Positions 25,784-36,011 are shown, numbered from the stretch's first letter. The stretch is 64,000 nucleotides of DNA from Candidatus Latescibacterota bacterium (GCA_965221775.1 CBDCSU010000005.1:480001-544000), one strand, 5' to 3'. A program made the numbers and translations. Notes: generated by a model from the letters alone, not told the origin.

Positions 25784-26431
25784 TCACTCCGCCTCCAGGA
25801 TCTCCCGCACCTGCTCGCGCCAGTCGCCGGGCAGGCGCACCGCCCCTTCCACCCGCATCCCCTCCACCAGCGAGCCCAGGATCCGCCGCCGCTCGGCGAA
25901 CTCCGGGACCGTGCGCCGCACGTGCTCGCGGGCCCGGCCGAGGGCGGTCAGGTACTCGGCGAACTCCTGCCCGAAGAACCCCTCCAGGTCCTGGCGCAGG
26001 CGCCGCGACAGGGAGGGGCTGGCGTTGCTGGTGCTGATGCTGATGCGCAGGGGGCCGGCGCCGACGAGGGCGCCCATGCCGAAGTGGGACCGGCTGGCGT
26101 CGTCGTAGGTGTTGACCAGGATGCCGCGCTCCCGGCAGGTGTCCCAGACCTCGTCGCAGAGGGCGCGGTCGCTGCGCACCGTGTTCATCACCAGGAAGAC
26201 CTCGTCGAGGTCGGAGGGCCGGTAGGTCCGCAGGCGCAGCTCCAGCCGGCCGCGGTCGTGCCCGTCGCGCAGCGCCGCCGTCGCCTCGGGGCTGACCACC
26301 CGGAGCCGGGCCCCGGCGTCGACCAGGCGCCCGGACTTGTCCTCGGCCTCGGCGCCGCCGCCGATGACCAGGCACCGGCGGCCGCGCACGTCGAGGCCGA
26401 CCTGGAAGAGCGGGTTGAGGCCGCCGGTCAC
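25784..26431 (-). CDS. Precorrin-2 dehydrogenase/sirohydrochlorin ferrochelatase (SirC/Met8/CysG N-terminal type)
   Basis: RCLVIGGGAEAEDK, LRVVSPE, ILVNTYDD, LRISISTSNASPSLSRRLR. Confidence 0.85.
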   Translation of the reverse strand: MTGGLNPLFQVGLDVRGRRCLVIGGGAEAEDKSGRLVDAGARLRVVSPEATAALRDGHDRGRLELRLRTYRPSDLDEVFLVMNTVRSDRALCDEVWDTCRERGILVNTYDDASRSHFGMGALVGAGPLRISISTSNASPSLSRRLRQDLEGFFGQEFAEYLTALGRAREHVRRTVPEFAERRRILGSLVEGMRVEGAVRLPGDWREQVREILEAE

Positions 26432-26937
26432 CGTCTTGGGGAGATGGTGTGGACCAGGTGGCCGAGCTCCGGCAGGATGAGCTTGTCCATGGCCAGGCGC
26501 ACGGCCGCGGTCGAGCCGGGCAGGGAGATCAGGATCCGCCCCCGGTAGGTGCCGGCCGTGGCCCGGGACATGATCGCCGCCGCTCCGATCTCCTCGTAGG
26601 AGAGGGCGCGGAAGATCTCGCCGAAGCCGGGCAGCCGCTTGTCGAGCATGTTGTCGACGACCTCGAAGGTGTTGTCCCGGGGCGCGATGCCGGTGCCGCC
26701 GTTGAGGATCAGGGCCTGGCAGCCGCCTTTCTCCAGGGCCATCGCCATCTCGCCCTTGATCTGCCGCGCCGTGTCCTTGACGATGGCGTAGTGGACCACC
26801 TTGTGGCCGGCGCCGGTGAGGCGCTCCCGGATGAGCCCTCCGCTCCTGTCGCTGTCGCGGTCGCGGGTATCGCTGACGGTGATCACCGCCACCCCCACCT
26901 CGGTGGGGGCGGCCTCTCTATGCTCGACGTGGCTCAT
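26428..26937 (-). CDS. moaB: Molybdenum cofactor biosynthesis protein MoaB/MogA
   Basis: VITVSDTR..D.SG, NGGTGIAPRD, LPGFGEIFRALS, IMSRATAG, LPGS; ATG in ATGA overlap. Confidence 0.9.
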   Translation of the reverse strand: MSHVEHREAAPTEVGVAVITVSDTRDRDSDRSGGLIRERLTGAGHKVVHYAIVKDTARQIKGEMAMALEKGGCQALILNGGTGIAPRDNTFEVVDNMLDKRLPGFGEIFRALSYEEIGAAAIMSRATAGTYRGRILISLPGSTAAVRLAMDKLILPELGHLVHTISPRR

Positions 26938-27380
26938 GAGGCGCCTTCCCGACCGCCGGCCAGCGAGGCGTAGCTGCGGCCCTCCGGGTCCCCGGAGCCG
27001 GTGGGCAGCCCGAGCTCGGTCCAGCCCTTGGCCAGGCTCTGCCCGGAAGGCGAGCGCCGGCCGCCGAAGCCGCCCTTGACGTTGCTCACGTCGGTGTAGC
27101 CGGCGGCCTCCAGGATTCCGGCGGCGGCGGCGGAACGCTGCCCGCTCAGGCAGCCGAGGAGCAGCCGGGCGTCCCTCGGAAAGCGCGACTCCATGACGGA
27201 TAGGAAGTCGGCGTTGGGCGCCAGGCCCAGGGCCTGGCGGTGCATGACGGGGACGTTGAGGGCGCCGGCGGGGTGGCCCTCCTGGAACTCCGGAACCGAA
27301 CGCACGTCCACGTAGACATGACCGTCGGCGGCGTCGAGGAGGGCCGCGGCCTCCTCGACTGTGACTTCCTTGTGGCTCAT
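26934..27380 (-). CDS. Rhodanese-like domain protein
   Basis: YVDVRSVPEF..GHP.GALNVP, GCLSGQRS, VKGGF; AGGAGG RBS. Confidence 0.88.
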   Translation of the reverse strand: MSHKEVTVEEAAALLDAADGHVYVDVRSVPEFQEGHPAGALNVPVMHRQALGLAPNADFLSVMESRFPRDARLLLGCLSGQRSAAAAGILEAAGYTDVSNVKGGFGGRRSPSGQSLAKGWTELGLPTGSGDPEGRSYASLAGGREGAS

Positions 27381-27453
27381 GGGGGGTGACCTCCTGGAGG
27401 ATGAACTCGGGGGACCCGGGCGGGGATCGCGGGCCAGCGCTGCGACCGTCACC

Positions 27454-27482
27454 TTGACAGAGTCCCCGATGTACGGCAGACT
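27454..27482 (+). promoter_or_regulatory. Candidate sigma70 promoter of the RND operon
   Basis: TTGACA (27454-59), 17 nt, CAGACT (27477-82). Confidence 0.45.
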
Positions 27483-27504
27483 CGCCCTTCCCGATCGCTC
27501 CGTA

Positions 27505-28626
27505 ATGTATTGTTTCCAACAACATAGACAACTTCTGCCGGGCCTCGCGGCGATCCTCTTGGCGGCCCTCGCCGGCTGCGGCCCGATCGGCGGCGCCCAG
27601 GACCCCGAAGAGGGCGCCGAGACCGCCGAGGCCGCCGCCGACTCGGCCCGGGCCGACACCACCGCCGCCGCCGTGCCGGTGCAGACACGCCCCACGGTGC
27701 GCGGCGACATCTCCTCCGCCCTGGTCTTCAGTTCCACCATCGAGACCGAGGACGCCGTCGAGATCCACCCCGAGGTCAGTGGCCGCGTCGAGGAGGTCGC
27801 CGTCGAGGAGGGCGACCAGGTGGCCGCGGGCGACCTGCTGGTCCGCCTCGACGCCGAGCAGGCCGGACTCGAGGACCGCGAGAGCGAGGTGAACCTGCGC
27901 CAGCTCGAGAGCTCCTTCGGCCGCACGGAGGAGATGTTCGGCCGCGGCCTGATCTCGACCCAGGAGTACGAGGACCAGCGGTTCGAGCTAGAGCGCGCCC
28001 GCCTGCGCCGCGAGCGGGCCGGTCTCGCCCTCGCCCACACCGAGATCCGCGCCCCCTTCTCGGGGGTCATCACCTCCCGCCAGGTGCAGACCGGCGCCCG
28101 CGTGTCGCCGGCGGTCAAGCTCTTCGACCTGGTCAAGCTCGACGACATGATCGCCCGCGTGCACGTGCCCGGACGCTACCTGATGCAGGTGAGCGTCGGA
28201 CAGACGGCCGCGGTCTCCAGCGACTTTGTGGATGGCGTCGACTGCCCGGCGTACGTGAAGCGGATCAGCCCGGTCGTCGATCCCCGGTCCGGCACCTTCA
28301 AGGTCACCGTGGGGGTGCAGGACCCCTGGCGGCATCTGCGGCCCGGCATCTTCGTCACCGTGCGCGTCGTCACCGGCACCCACGCGCAGGCGGTGCTCGT
28401 GCCCAAGGAGGCCGTCGTCTACGAGGCCGACGAGCGCTACGTCTTCGTCGTCGAAGGCGGCACGGCGCGGCGCCTGCGCCTCGACGCCGGCTACGAGAAC
28501 GCCGACTTCGTCGAGGCCCTCTCGGGGCTGTCCGCCGACGCCGACGTCATCGTCGTCGGCCAGAAGGGGCTCCGGGACCAGGCCGGCGTCAAGGTCGTCA
28601 ACCCTCCCGCCCCAGCCGCGGGATGA
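27505..28626 (+). CDS. RND efflux periplasmic adaptor (membrane fusion lipoprotein)
   Basis: Lipobox LAGC; VEEGDQVAAGDLLVRLD, IRAPFSGVI, ISPVVDPRSGT, LRPG; start approximate. Confidence 0.9.
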   Translation: MYCFQQHRQLLPGLAAILLAALAGCGPIGGAQDPEEGAETAEAAADSARADTTAAAVPVQTRPTVRGDISSALVFSSTIETEDAVEIHPEVSGRVEEVAVEEGDQVAAGDLLVRLDAEQAGLEDRESEVNLRQLESSFGRTEEMFGRGLISTQEYEDQRFELERARLRRERAGLALAHTEIRAPFSGVITSRQVQTGARVSPAVKLFDLVKLDDMIARVHVPGRYLMQVSVGQTAAVSSDFVDGVDCPAYVKRISPVVDPRSGTFKVTVGVQDPWRHLRPGIFVTVRVVTGTHAQAVLVPKEAVVYEADERYVFVVEGGTARRLRLDAGYENADFVEALSGLSADADVIVVGQKGLRDQAGVKVVNPPAPAAG

Positions 28627-31600
28627 CCGGCGCGAGCCCTCCGGCCGGCGGCCCCCCGGAGGCCTCCGGCGCCGGGGGCGCGTCCTCCCTCTTCGCCGTC
28701 ACCACCCGCCGTCCGGTGGCCATCCTGATGGTGGTCATGGCGGTCTGCGTCTTCGGCTGGGTCTCCTACCAGCGCCTCTCCCTGGAGCTGATGCCCGACG
28801 TCGCCTACCCGGCGCTGACGGTGCGCACCCAGTACCCGGGCAGCGCTCCCGAGGAGGTGGAGAAGCTGGTCTCCCGGCCCCTGGAGCGAGAGCTGGGCAT
28901 CCTCCCGCGCCTGGTGGCCATGCGCTCCATCAGCAAGGCCGGCCAGTCGGACGTGGTCCTCGAGTTCGAGTGGGAGACCGACATGAACGCCGCGGCCGCC
29001 GACATCCGCGAGAAGGTGGACCGCACCTGGCTGCCCGAGGAGGCCGGCAAGCCGCTGCTGCTGCGCTACGATCCCTCCCTGGAGCCGGTCCTGCGCGTCG
29101 GCCTGTCCGGCGGGCGGGGGCTCTACCACCTGCGCGAGCTGGCCGAGGAGGAGGTGCGGCGGGAGCTGGAGTCGATCCCCGGGGTGGCCGCCGTCAAGGT
29201 CCGGGGCGGCCTGGAGCAGGAGATCCACGTGGCCCTGCGGGAGCGGCAGATCGCCCTCCTCGGGCTCGACGCGGCCACCGTCGAGCAGCGGCTGGCCGAG
29301 GCCGACGTCAACCTGCCGGGAGGCCGCCTGCGCGAGGGGGGCACGGAGTACCTGGTTCGCACCCTCAACGAGCTCGACTCGGTGGCCGAGATCGAGGAGC
29401 TGGTCGTGGCCCGCCCCGGCGGCGCCGAGATCCGCCTGCGGGACATCGCCCGGGTGGAGGTCTCACACAAGGACCGGGAGATCCTCACCCGCGTCAACGG
29501 CCGCGAGAGCGTCGATCTCGAGATCCACAAGGAGGCCGGCGCCAACATCGTCGCCGTGGCGCGCACGGTACGGGACCGCCTCCTCGGCACCGAGGAGCAG
29601 CGGGCCTGGGTGGCGTCGCGGGACAGCGCCGCCGCCGCGGCGCCGGAGGCCGATGCCGGGGAGGACGCCGAGGCGCGGCGCCAGGCGGCGGCCGTGCGCA
29701 CCGCCACCGAGCAGCGCATGACCGACTTCGTCGCCCACCGCCTGCCGGCCGGGGTGGGCCTCGACGTGCTGTCGGACCAGTCGGCCTTCATCGAAAGTTC
29801 CATCGACGAGGTCCGCAACAACGTCCTCCTGGGGGGCGCCATCGCCGGCCTCGTGCTGCTCGTCTTCCTGCGCAACGTCGTCCACACCCTCATCGTGGCG
29901 GTCACCATCCCGGTCTCGGTGGTGGCCACCTTCGCGCCCATGCACCTCTTCGGCGTCTCCCTCAACATCATGTCCCTCGGCGGCCTCGCCCTCGGCGTGG
30001 GCATGCTCGTGGACAACTCCATCGTCGTCCTGGAGAGCATCTTCCGCTGCCGCGAGGAGGGCGACGACCCGGTCACCGCCACGGTGCGCGGCACCGCCGC
30101 CGTGAGCAGCGCCGTGTGCGCCTCCACCCTGACCACGGTGGCCGTGTTCTTCCCCATCGTCTTCGTCGAGGGCGTGGCCGGCCAGGTCTTCGGCGACATG
30201 GCGCTGACGGTGGTGTTCTCGCTCCTCGCGTCGCTGGCGGTGGCCCTCTGGTTCATCCCCATGCTGGCCTCGCGCAGCGCCGGCCTGCCGGGGCTGGCCC
30301 CGGAGTCGCCCTTCCTGCGGCTGCCCTCCGGCGAGGGCCTGCGCCGGGCCCTGGGCCCCGGCCTCGCCCTCGGGGAGCGGCTGCGGCAGGGCGCCCTCGT
30401 CCTGCCCCTGCTGCTGCGGGATCTGGCGGCGCGCGCGCTCCTGGCCCTGGCCGCGGTCCTGTGGGCGGTCCTGCAGAGCGCCGTCCTGCTGATCTTCCAG
30501 TTCGTCTGGCCGCTGCTGTGGCTGAGGGCGCGTTGGCGGCCGCGCCTGCCCTCCCACCGCCGCGTGGCCGCGTGGGCGTCGCGGCCGCCGCCGGTGCGCG
30601 GCTTCCCCGACTCGGTCTGGCCCGGCCTGCTCGACAACGGGTCGGCCGCCGCCCTGGGCGCCGACTGGGGCCGCTGGACCGCCTGGGTCCGCGGCCCCGG
30701 CAGCCGGACCGGGTTCGCGGCGCGGGCCCTGAGCGGGGTCCCCGTCATCCTCTGGCTGCTCCTGCGCTTCCTGGTGCACGACCTCCTGTGTCTGGCGCGG
30801 AGCCTGTTGCTGACGGTGCTCCTCCTCGCCGCGGTGCTGGCTTCGGGGGGCCTCGTGCTGGCGGCCCTCGTGCTGTCGCCGGCGGCGCCGGTCCTCGCCC
30901 TGCTGAGGGGCGGCCTGGAGCTGGCCCGGCGGACCTACCCCGGCGTCCTCGGCGGCGCCCTGCGGCGGCGCGCCTTCGTCCTGGGGGGCGCGGCCCTCGC
31001 CTTCTGGGCCTGCTGGACGCAGTTGCTGCCGGCCCTCGGCACGGAGCTGATCCCCCCCGTCCACCAGGGGGAGTTCCGCGTCGACCTGACCCTGCCGGTG
31101 GGCACCCCGCTGGAGCGCACGGCCGCGGCCGCCGCCGAGGTGGAGGCCATCGCCCTCGGGCTGCTGGGGGTGGAGCGCGCCGCCACCCGGGTCGGCTCGG
31201 ACCGCACCGCCGCGGCCACCGCCGACGAGGGCGAGCACACGGCCCGCGTCGCCGTCTACCTGGCGCCGGAGGTGGGGCCGGACGCCGAGGACCGAGTCAT
31301 CGAGGACCTGCGCGGGCGGTTGCGGCGACTCCCGGAGGTGGAGGCGGAGATCTCCTTCCCCTCCCTCTTCAGCCTGCGGACCCCCGTGGAGGTGGAGATC
31401 CGCGGCGAGGACCTGGGGGGGCTGCGCCGCCTGAGCGCCGAGACCGTGAGCGTCCTGTCCGCCCTGCCCGGTCTCGCCGACGTGCGGTCGACGCAGCAGG
31501 CCGGCCACCCGGAGCTGCAGATCCTCTACGACCGCGAGCGGCTGGCCAGCTACGGCCTCGACCTGCGCGCCGTGGCCGAGTTGGTGCGCCACAAGGTGCA

Positions 31601-32456
31601 GGGCCGCGTGGCCACCGGACTGCGCCGCGACGAGCGCACCATCGATGTCCTCGTGCGCCTGCGCGAGGAGGACCGCCTCGGCGTGGAGGAACTGGAGCGG
31701 CTGGTGGTCAACCCCGGGGGCGAGGTGCCGATCCGCCTTGGGTCGGTGGCCGGGATCCGCATCGCCGAGGGCCCGAGCGAGATCCGCCGCATCGACCAGC
31801 AGCGCGCCGCCCTGGTGACGGCCAACGTGGAGGGCCTGGACCTGGGCACGGCGGCCGGGGCGATCCGCTCGGCCCTCGGCGGCGCGGCCTTCCCGCCGGG
31901 CTTCACCTTCCTGGTGAGCGGCCAGAGCACCGAGATGGAGCGCTCCCTCGAGAGCCTGCTCTTCGCCCTCGGACTCGCCGTCTTCCTGGTCTACATCGTC
32001 ATGGCCGGGCAGTTCGAGTCCCTCGTGCACCCCTTCGTCATCCTCTTCACCGTGCCCCTGGCGGCGACCGGCGCCGTCGTCGCCCTCTACCTCATGGAGA
32101 CGCCGCTGAGCGTCGTCGTCTTCATCGGCTTCATCATGCTCGCCGGCATCGTCGTCAACAACGCCATCGTCCTGGTCGACTACATCAACCGCCTGCGGCG
32201 CTCCGGGGTGGCCGCCGGCGAGGCGATCGTGCAGGCCGGGTCCGTGCGCCTGCGGCCGATCCTGATGACCACGTCGACCACCGTCCTCGGCCTGCTGCCC
32301 ATGGCCCTCGGCCTCGGGGACGGCGCCGAGATCCGCTCGCCCATGGCGGTCACCGTCATCGCCGGGCTCATCAGCTCCACCTTCCTCACCCTCGTGGTGA
32401 TCCCCGCCGTCTATTCACTCACCGCCGGCCGCGGCGGGCCGGGAGGGTCCGCGTGA
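28623..32456 (+). CDS. RND efflux permease (AcrB/AcrD/AcrF family), subunit 1
   Basis: RRPVAILM, GMLVDNSIVVLESI, GIVVNNAIVLVD, RLRPILMTT. Confidence 0.92.
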   Translation: MTGASPPAGGPPEASGAGGASSLFAVTTRRPVAILMVVMAVCVFGWVSYQRLSLELMPDVAYPALTVRTQYPGSAPEEVEKLVSRPLERELGILPRLVAMRSISKAGQSDVVLEFEWETDMNAAAADIREKVDRTWLPEEAGKPLLLRYDPSLEPVLRVGLSGGRGLYHLRELAEEEVRRELESIPGVAAVKVRGGLEQEIHVALRERQIALLGLDAATVEQRLAEADVNLPGGRLREGGTEYLVRTLNELDSVAEIEELVVARPGGAEIRLRDIARVEVSHKDREILTRVNGRESVDLEIHKEAGANIVAVARTVRDRLLGTEEQRAWVASRDSAAAAAPEADAGEDAEARRQAAAVRTATEQRMTDFVAHRLPAGVGLDVLSDQSAFIESSIDEVRNNVLLGGAIAGLVLLVFLRNVVHTLIVAVTIPVSVVATFAPMHLFGVSLNIMSLGGLALGVGMLVDNSIVVLESIFRCREEGDDPVTATVRGTAAVSSAVCASTLTTVAVFFPIVFVEGVAGQVFGDMALTVVFSLLASLAVALWFIPMLASRSAGLPGLAPESPFLRLPSGEGLRRALGPGLALGERLRQGALVLPLLLRDLAARALLALAAVLWAVLQSAVLLIFQFVWPLLWLRARWRPRLPSHRRVAAWASRPPPVRGFPDSVWPGLLDNGSAAALGADWGRWTAWVRGPGSRTGFAARALSGVPVILWLLLRFLVHDLLCLARSLLLTVLLLAAVLASGGLVLAALVLSPAAPVLALLRGGLELARRTYPGVLGGALRRRAFVLGGAALAFWACWTQLLPALGTELIPPVHQGEFRVDLTLPVGTPLERTAAAAAEVEAIALGLLGVERAATRVGSDRTAAATADEGEHTARVAVYLAPEVGPDAEDRVIEDLRGRLRRLPEVEAEISFPSLFSLRTPVEVEIRGEDLGGLRRLSAETVSVLSALPGLADVRSTQQAGHPELQILYDRERLASYGLDLRAVAELVRHKVQGRVATGLRRDERTIDVLVRLREEDRLGVEELERLVVNPGGEVPIRLGSVAGIRIAEGPSEIRRIDQQRAALVTANVEGLDLGTAAGAIRSALGGAAFPPGFTFLVSGQSTEMERSLESLLFALGLAVFLVYIVMAGQFESLVHPFVILFTVPLAATGAVVALYLMETPLSVVVFIGFIMLAGIVVNNAIVLVDYINRLRRSGVAAGEAIVQAGSVRLRPILMTTSTTVLGLLPMALGLGDGAEIRSPMAVTVIAGLISSTFLTLVVIPAVYSLTAGRGGPGGSA

Positions 32457-35400
32457 GCGAGCCCCGGGGGTACCTGCTCCCCCGCCTCAGCCTCGACCGG
32501 CCGGTGAGCGTCATCATGGCCGTCGCCGCCCTCCTCGTGGTTGGCGTCGTGGCCTACACCCGCATCCCCCTCGACCTGGTGCCGGGCGGCCTGGAGGGCG
32601 ACCGGCTCTACGTGCGCGCCGGGTACGCCGACGCCAGCCCCGCCGAGGTGGAGCGCGAGGTGACCCGCCCCCTGGAGGAGGCGATCGCCACCGTGCCCCG
32701 CGTCGGCCGCGTGATCAGCGGCGCCGACCGCGGCGGCGCCTGGGCCAACGTGCAGTTCCTGCCGGGCACGGACATGCACGAGGCCTACGCCGACCTGCGC
32801 GACCGCATCGACCGGGCCATGGCGGAGCTGCCCGAGGAGATCGAGCGCGTGCAGGTGCTGCGCTGGAACCAGGACGACTGGCCGGTCATGTGGATCGGCG
32901 CCTCCCTGGAGGGGGAGTTCGCCGACGCCTTCCAGCTCCTCGACGTGCACGTGCGCCCCGCCCTGCAGCGCATCGAGGGCGTGGGCACCGTCGAGGTCCG
33001 GGGCGAGGCGGCGCGTCAGGTGCGCATCGAGCTGGACCAGGGGCGGCTGCGCGGCCACGGCGTGTCGCCGTACGAGGTCGGGCGGCGGCTGGCGAGCCTC
33101 AACTTCGCGCTGCCCGGGGGCCGCGTGATGGAGGGGGGGCGGCGGATCCACGTGCGCTCCCTGGGACGCTTCGAGTCCCTCGACGAGGTCCGGCAGCTCA
33201 TCGTCGACGACGAGCACGGGCTGCGCCTCGGGGACGTGGCCGAGGTCGCCCTCAAGCCGCCGAAGCAGGAGTGGTTCACCCGCATCGACGGGCGCCCCGC
33301 CCTCGGCATCGAGGTGATGAAGGCGTCGGGCGGCAACCTCGTGGAGATCTCCCGGGGCGTGCGCGCCAAGTTGGCGGAACTGCAGCGGCGGCCCCATCTG
33401 GAGGGCGTCGACTTCGAGATCTTCTGGGACCAGGGCGAGCACATCGTCGAGTCGGTGGACAACCTCAAGTCCACCGGTCTGTGGGGCGGCCTCTTCGCCG
33501 GCCTGGTGCTGCTGTTCTTCCTGCGCGCCGTGCGCATGACCCTGATCATCACCCTCGCCATCCCCCTCTCGGTGACGGCCACGGTGGCCACCATCTACTT
33601 CCTGGGCTGGAGCCTCAACCTGATCACCATGATGGGGCTCATGCTCAGCCTCGGCCTGGTGGTGGACAACGCCATCGTCATCGTCGAGAACATCCACCGG
33701 CGGCGGCAGGAGGGCGCCGGGCCCCGGGAGGCGTCGATCCGCGGCGCCGGCGAGGTCGGGCTGGCGGTGACCATGGCCACCCTGACCACGGTGGTCGTCT
33801 TCCTGCCGCTGATCCTGATGAGCGGCGACGAGGAGTTCGCCTTCATCATGCTGCGCCTCGGCGGTCCCGTCGTCGTCGGGCTGCTGGCGTCGCTGGTCAT
33901 CGCCCTGCTCATCGTCCCCCTGGCGGCGCAGCGCATCGGCACCTCGGGAGGCGGCGATCCGCGCATCATCGCCCGGGGCCGCGCCGCCTACGAGCGCGTC
34001 CTCGCCTGGGTCCTCACCCACCGCCTCGACACAACCCTCATCGTCCTCGCCGCCATGGCGAGCATGCAGATCCCCATGCAGGGGCTGGAGCGCACCGACG
34101 GCGGCAGCCGCAGCCGGAAGGACATCTGGCTAGCCCTCCGCATGCCCGAGGGCCAGACCATCGAGGCGGCGGACCGCTTCATCGCCGGCGTCGAGGACAC
34201 CCTGCTGAGCCACCGCGAGAGCTACGGCATCCGCCTCGTCGAGACCTGGTCGAGCAACAGCTTCGGCCGCATCCACCTGATCCTGGAGGAGGACGAGTCC
34301 AACGACTGGTACGCCGTGGCCTGGAACGACCTGCTGGAGTCGGCGGGCCTGCGGCATTCGCCGCACATGGACTACGTCGAGGTCCTGGAGGACATCGAGG
34401 AGCGGCTCCCGATGCCTCCCGGCTTCGAGATGCGCATCAACTGGCGCGACGGCGGCGGCAGCGACAACGCGGTCTCCGTCAACCTCCACGGCCCCGACAC
34501 CGACCGCCTCGTGGAGCTGTCCCGGGAGGTGGAGCGCCGGCTGGAGCGGATCCCCGGCCTGCTCTCGGTGCAGACCGACGTCGACCGCGGCGCCACCGAG
34601 CTGCGGGTGCGCCTCGACCGCGCCCAGGTGCGCCGCTACGGCCTCGATCCGCGGGTGATCTCGGGCAACATCTCCTACGCCCTGCGCGGCCGGGAGCTGA
34701 CCCGGATGCACACCGACGACGGCCGCGAGGTGAGCGTGTTCTTCCAGCTCCGCGAGGCCGACCGCCGCAGCCTCCACCAGCTCCGCAACCTGAGCTTCCG
34801 CGCCCCCGGGGGCAACGAGATCCCCCTGGAGACCCTGGCCCGGCTGGAGGTGGCGCAGGGCCTGGGCGGGATCCGGCGCGAGGACCGGCAGACGGTGCTC
34901 GCCGTGACCGCCACGACGACCGAGGCCGGAGCCGAAAGCCTCTTCGAGCGGGTGGACGAGGCCATGGCCGGCTTCGAGACGCCCCGCGGCTACCGCTGGG
35001 ACAAGGGCGAGCGCTTCCAGCGCCTGCAGCAGCAGGAGGACAGCCGCCTCTTCGCGCTGATCCTGTCCGTGACTTTCGTCTTCCTTCTCATGGGCGTCCT
35101 CTTCGAGTCCTTCGTGCTGCCCCTCTCGGTGATCGTCGCCATCCCCTTCTCCTTCCTCGGCGTGTTCTGGACCCTGTATCTCACCAAGACCCCCTTCGAC
35201 CTGCTCAGCGGCATCGGCACCGTCATCCTCGTGGGCGTGGTCGTCAACAACGCCATCGTCCTCATCGACCTGGCCAACCGCCTGCGCGCCGAGGGCCACG
35301 ATCGCTTCGAGGCCTTGATGGCGGCCGGCCGCCTCCGCTTCCGCCCGATCCTGATGACCACCTTCACCACCATCTGCGGCCTCCTGCCCATGGCCGTGGG

Positions 35401-35581
35401 CAACGCCCGCATGATCGGCATGCCCTACGCGCCCCTGGGGCGCACCATGATGGGCGGCCTGCTGGCGTCGATGGTGCTCACCCTCGTCATCGTGCCCCTG
35501 TGCTACACGTTCTTCGACGACCTGCGGGAACTGCTGCGGAGGGTGGGACGGTCCGCGGTGGCGGCGGCGCGGGAGAGGTGA
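32453..35581 (+). CDS. RND efflux permease (AcrB/AcrD/AcrF family), subunit 2
   Basis: GTG start in GTGA overlap (the track ORF from 28970 over-extends); DRPVSV, GLVVDNAIVIVENI, GVVVNNAIVLID, RFRPILMTT. Confidence 0.92.
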   Translation: MSEPRGYLLPRLSLDRPVSVIMAVAALLVVGVVAYTRIPLDLVPGGLEGDRLYVRAGYADASPAEVEREVTRPLEEAIATVPRVGRVISGADRGGAWANVQFLPGTDMHEAYADLRDRIDRAMAELPEEIERVQVLRWNQDDWPVMWIGASLEGEFADAFQLLDVHVRPALQRIEGVGTVEVRGEAARQVRIELDQGRLRGHGVSPYEVGRRLASLNFALPGGRVMEGGRRIHVRSLGRFESLDEVRQLIVDDEHGLRLGDVAEVALKPPKQEWFTRIDGRPALGIEVMKASGGNLVEISRGVRAKLAELQRRPHLEGVDFEIFWDQGEHIVESVDNLKSTGLWGGLFAGLVLLFFLRAVRMTLIITLAIPLSVTATVATIYFLGWSLNLITMMGLMLSLGLVVDNAIVIVENIHRRRQEGAGPREASIRGAGEVGLAVTMATLTTVVVFLPLILMSGDEEFAFIMLRLGGPVVVGLLASLVIALLIVPLAAQRIGTSGGGDPRIIARGRAAYERVLAWVLTHRLDTTLIVLAAMASMQIPMQGLERTDGGSRSRKDIWLALRMPEGQTIEAADRFIAGVEDTLLSHRESYGIRLVETWSSNSFGRIHLILEEDESNDWYAVAWNDLLESAGLRHSPHMDYVEVLEDIEERLPMPPGFEMRINWRDGGGSDNAVSVNLHGPDTDRLVELSREVERRLERIPGLLSVQTDVDRGATELRVRLDRAQVRRYGLDPRVISGNISYALRGRELTRMHTDDGREVSVFFQLREADRRSLHQLRNLSFRAPGGNEIPLETLARLEVAQGLGGIRREDRQTVLAVTATTTEAGAESLFERVDEAMAGFETPRGYRWDKGERFQRLQQQEDSRLFALILSVTFVFLLMGVLFESFVLPLSVIVAIPFSFLGVFWTLYLTKTPFDLLSGIGTVILVGVVVNNAIVLIDLANRLRAEGHDRFEALMAAGRLRFRPILMTTFTTICGLLPMAVGNARMIGMPYAPLGRTMMGGLLASMVLTLVIVPLCYTFFDDLRELLRRVGRSAVAAARER

Positions 35582-35814
35582 TGCGGGGCAACGGTGTCGA
35601 GCTGACGACGCGGCAGGCGGCGGACCTGTTGCAGGTCTCGCGGACCCACCTGGTGCAGTTGCTCGACGACGGACGCATACCCTGCCGGAAGGTGGGCGCC
35701 CACCGCCGCGTCCGGGCCGAGGATGTACTCACCTACAGGCACGAAACGGAGTCCCGCCGCCGCAAGGCGCTGGACGAGCTCACCGCCCGCGACCAGGAAC
35801 TCGGCCTGCAGTAG
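35578..35814 (+). CDS. Excisionase-family HTH DNA-binding protein (antitoxin-like, probably N-terminally truncated)
   Basis: ELTTRQAADLLQVSRTHLVQLLDDGRIPCRKVGAHRRV...KALDEL....QELGL. Confidence 0.8.
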   Translation: MMRGNGVELTTRQAADLLQVSRTHLVQLLDDGRIPCRKVGAHRRVRAEDVLTYRHETESRRRKALDELTARDQELGLQ

Positions 35815-35849
35815 TCGATGGTCCGGCTGAGGGGCTGGCACCTCACGGC

Positions 35850-35975
35850 CTGGCTGTGCAGCACCCCGACGCCTTCGTCGCCGGCCTGTTCGAGGCGACT
35901 CCGCCGCCGTGCTCGCCGCCGTCCGCGGACACCGGGCGGTGCTCCGCAATCCGCCGCGCCCGGCGACCGATCATA
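35850..35975 (+). pseudogene. Frameshifted C-terminal remnant of a PIN-domain toxin
   Basis: AVQHPDAFVAGLFEA / AVLAAVRGHRAVLRNPP in two frames; resembles the C-terminus of PIN proteins paired with excisionase-HTH genes (from recall). Confidence 0.6.
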
Positions 35976-36011
35976 GGGTTCCAGATGCAGAGGGACCCTC
36001 GATCATCGGCT

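Noticed and set aside
28970-32452. Apparent 2203-aa RND fusion ORF
   Set aside because: The first ~1160 codons are an Arg/Pro/Gly-rich off-frame reading of RND subunit 1; the real gene starts at GTG 32453.
35578-35814. Excisionase as evidence of a prophage or ICE
   Set aside because: No integrase or phage genes nearby; the context fits an HTH-PIN toxin-antitoxin remnant.
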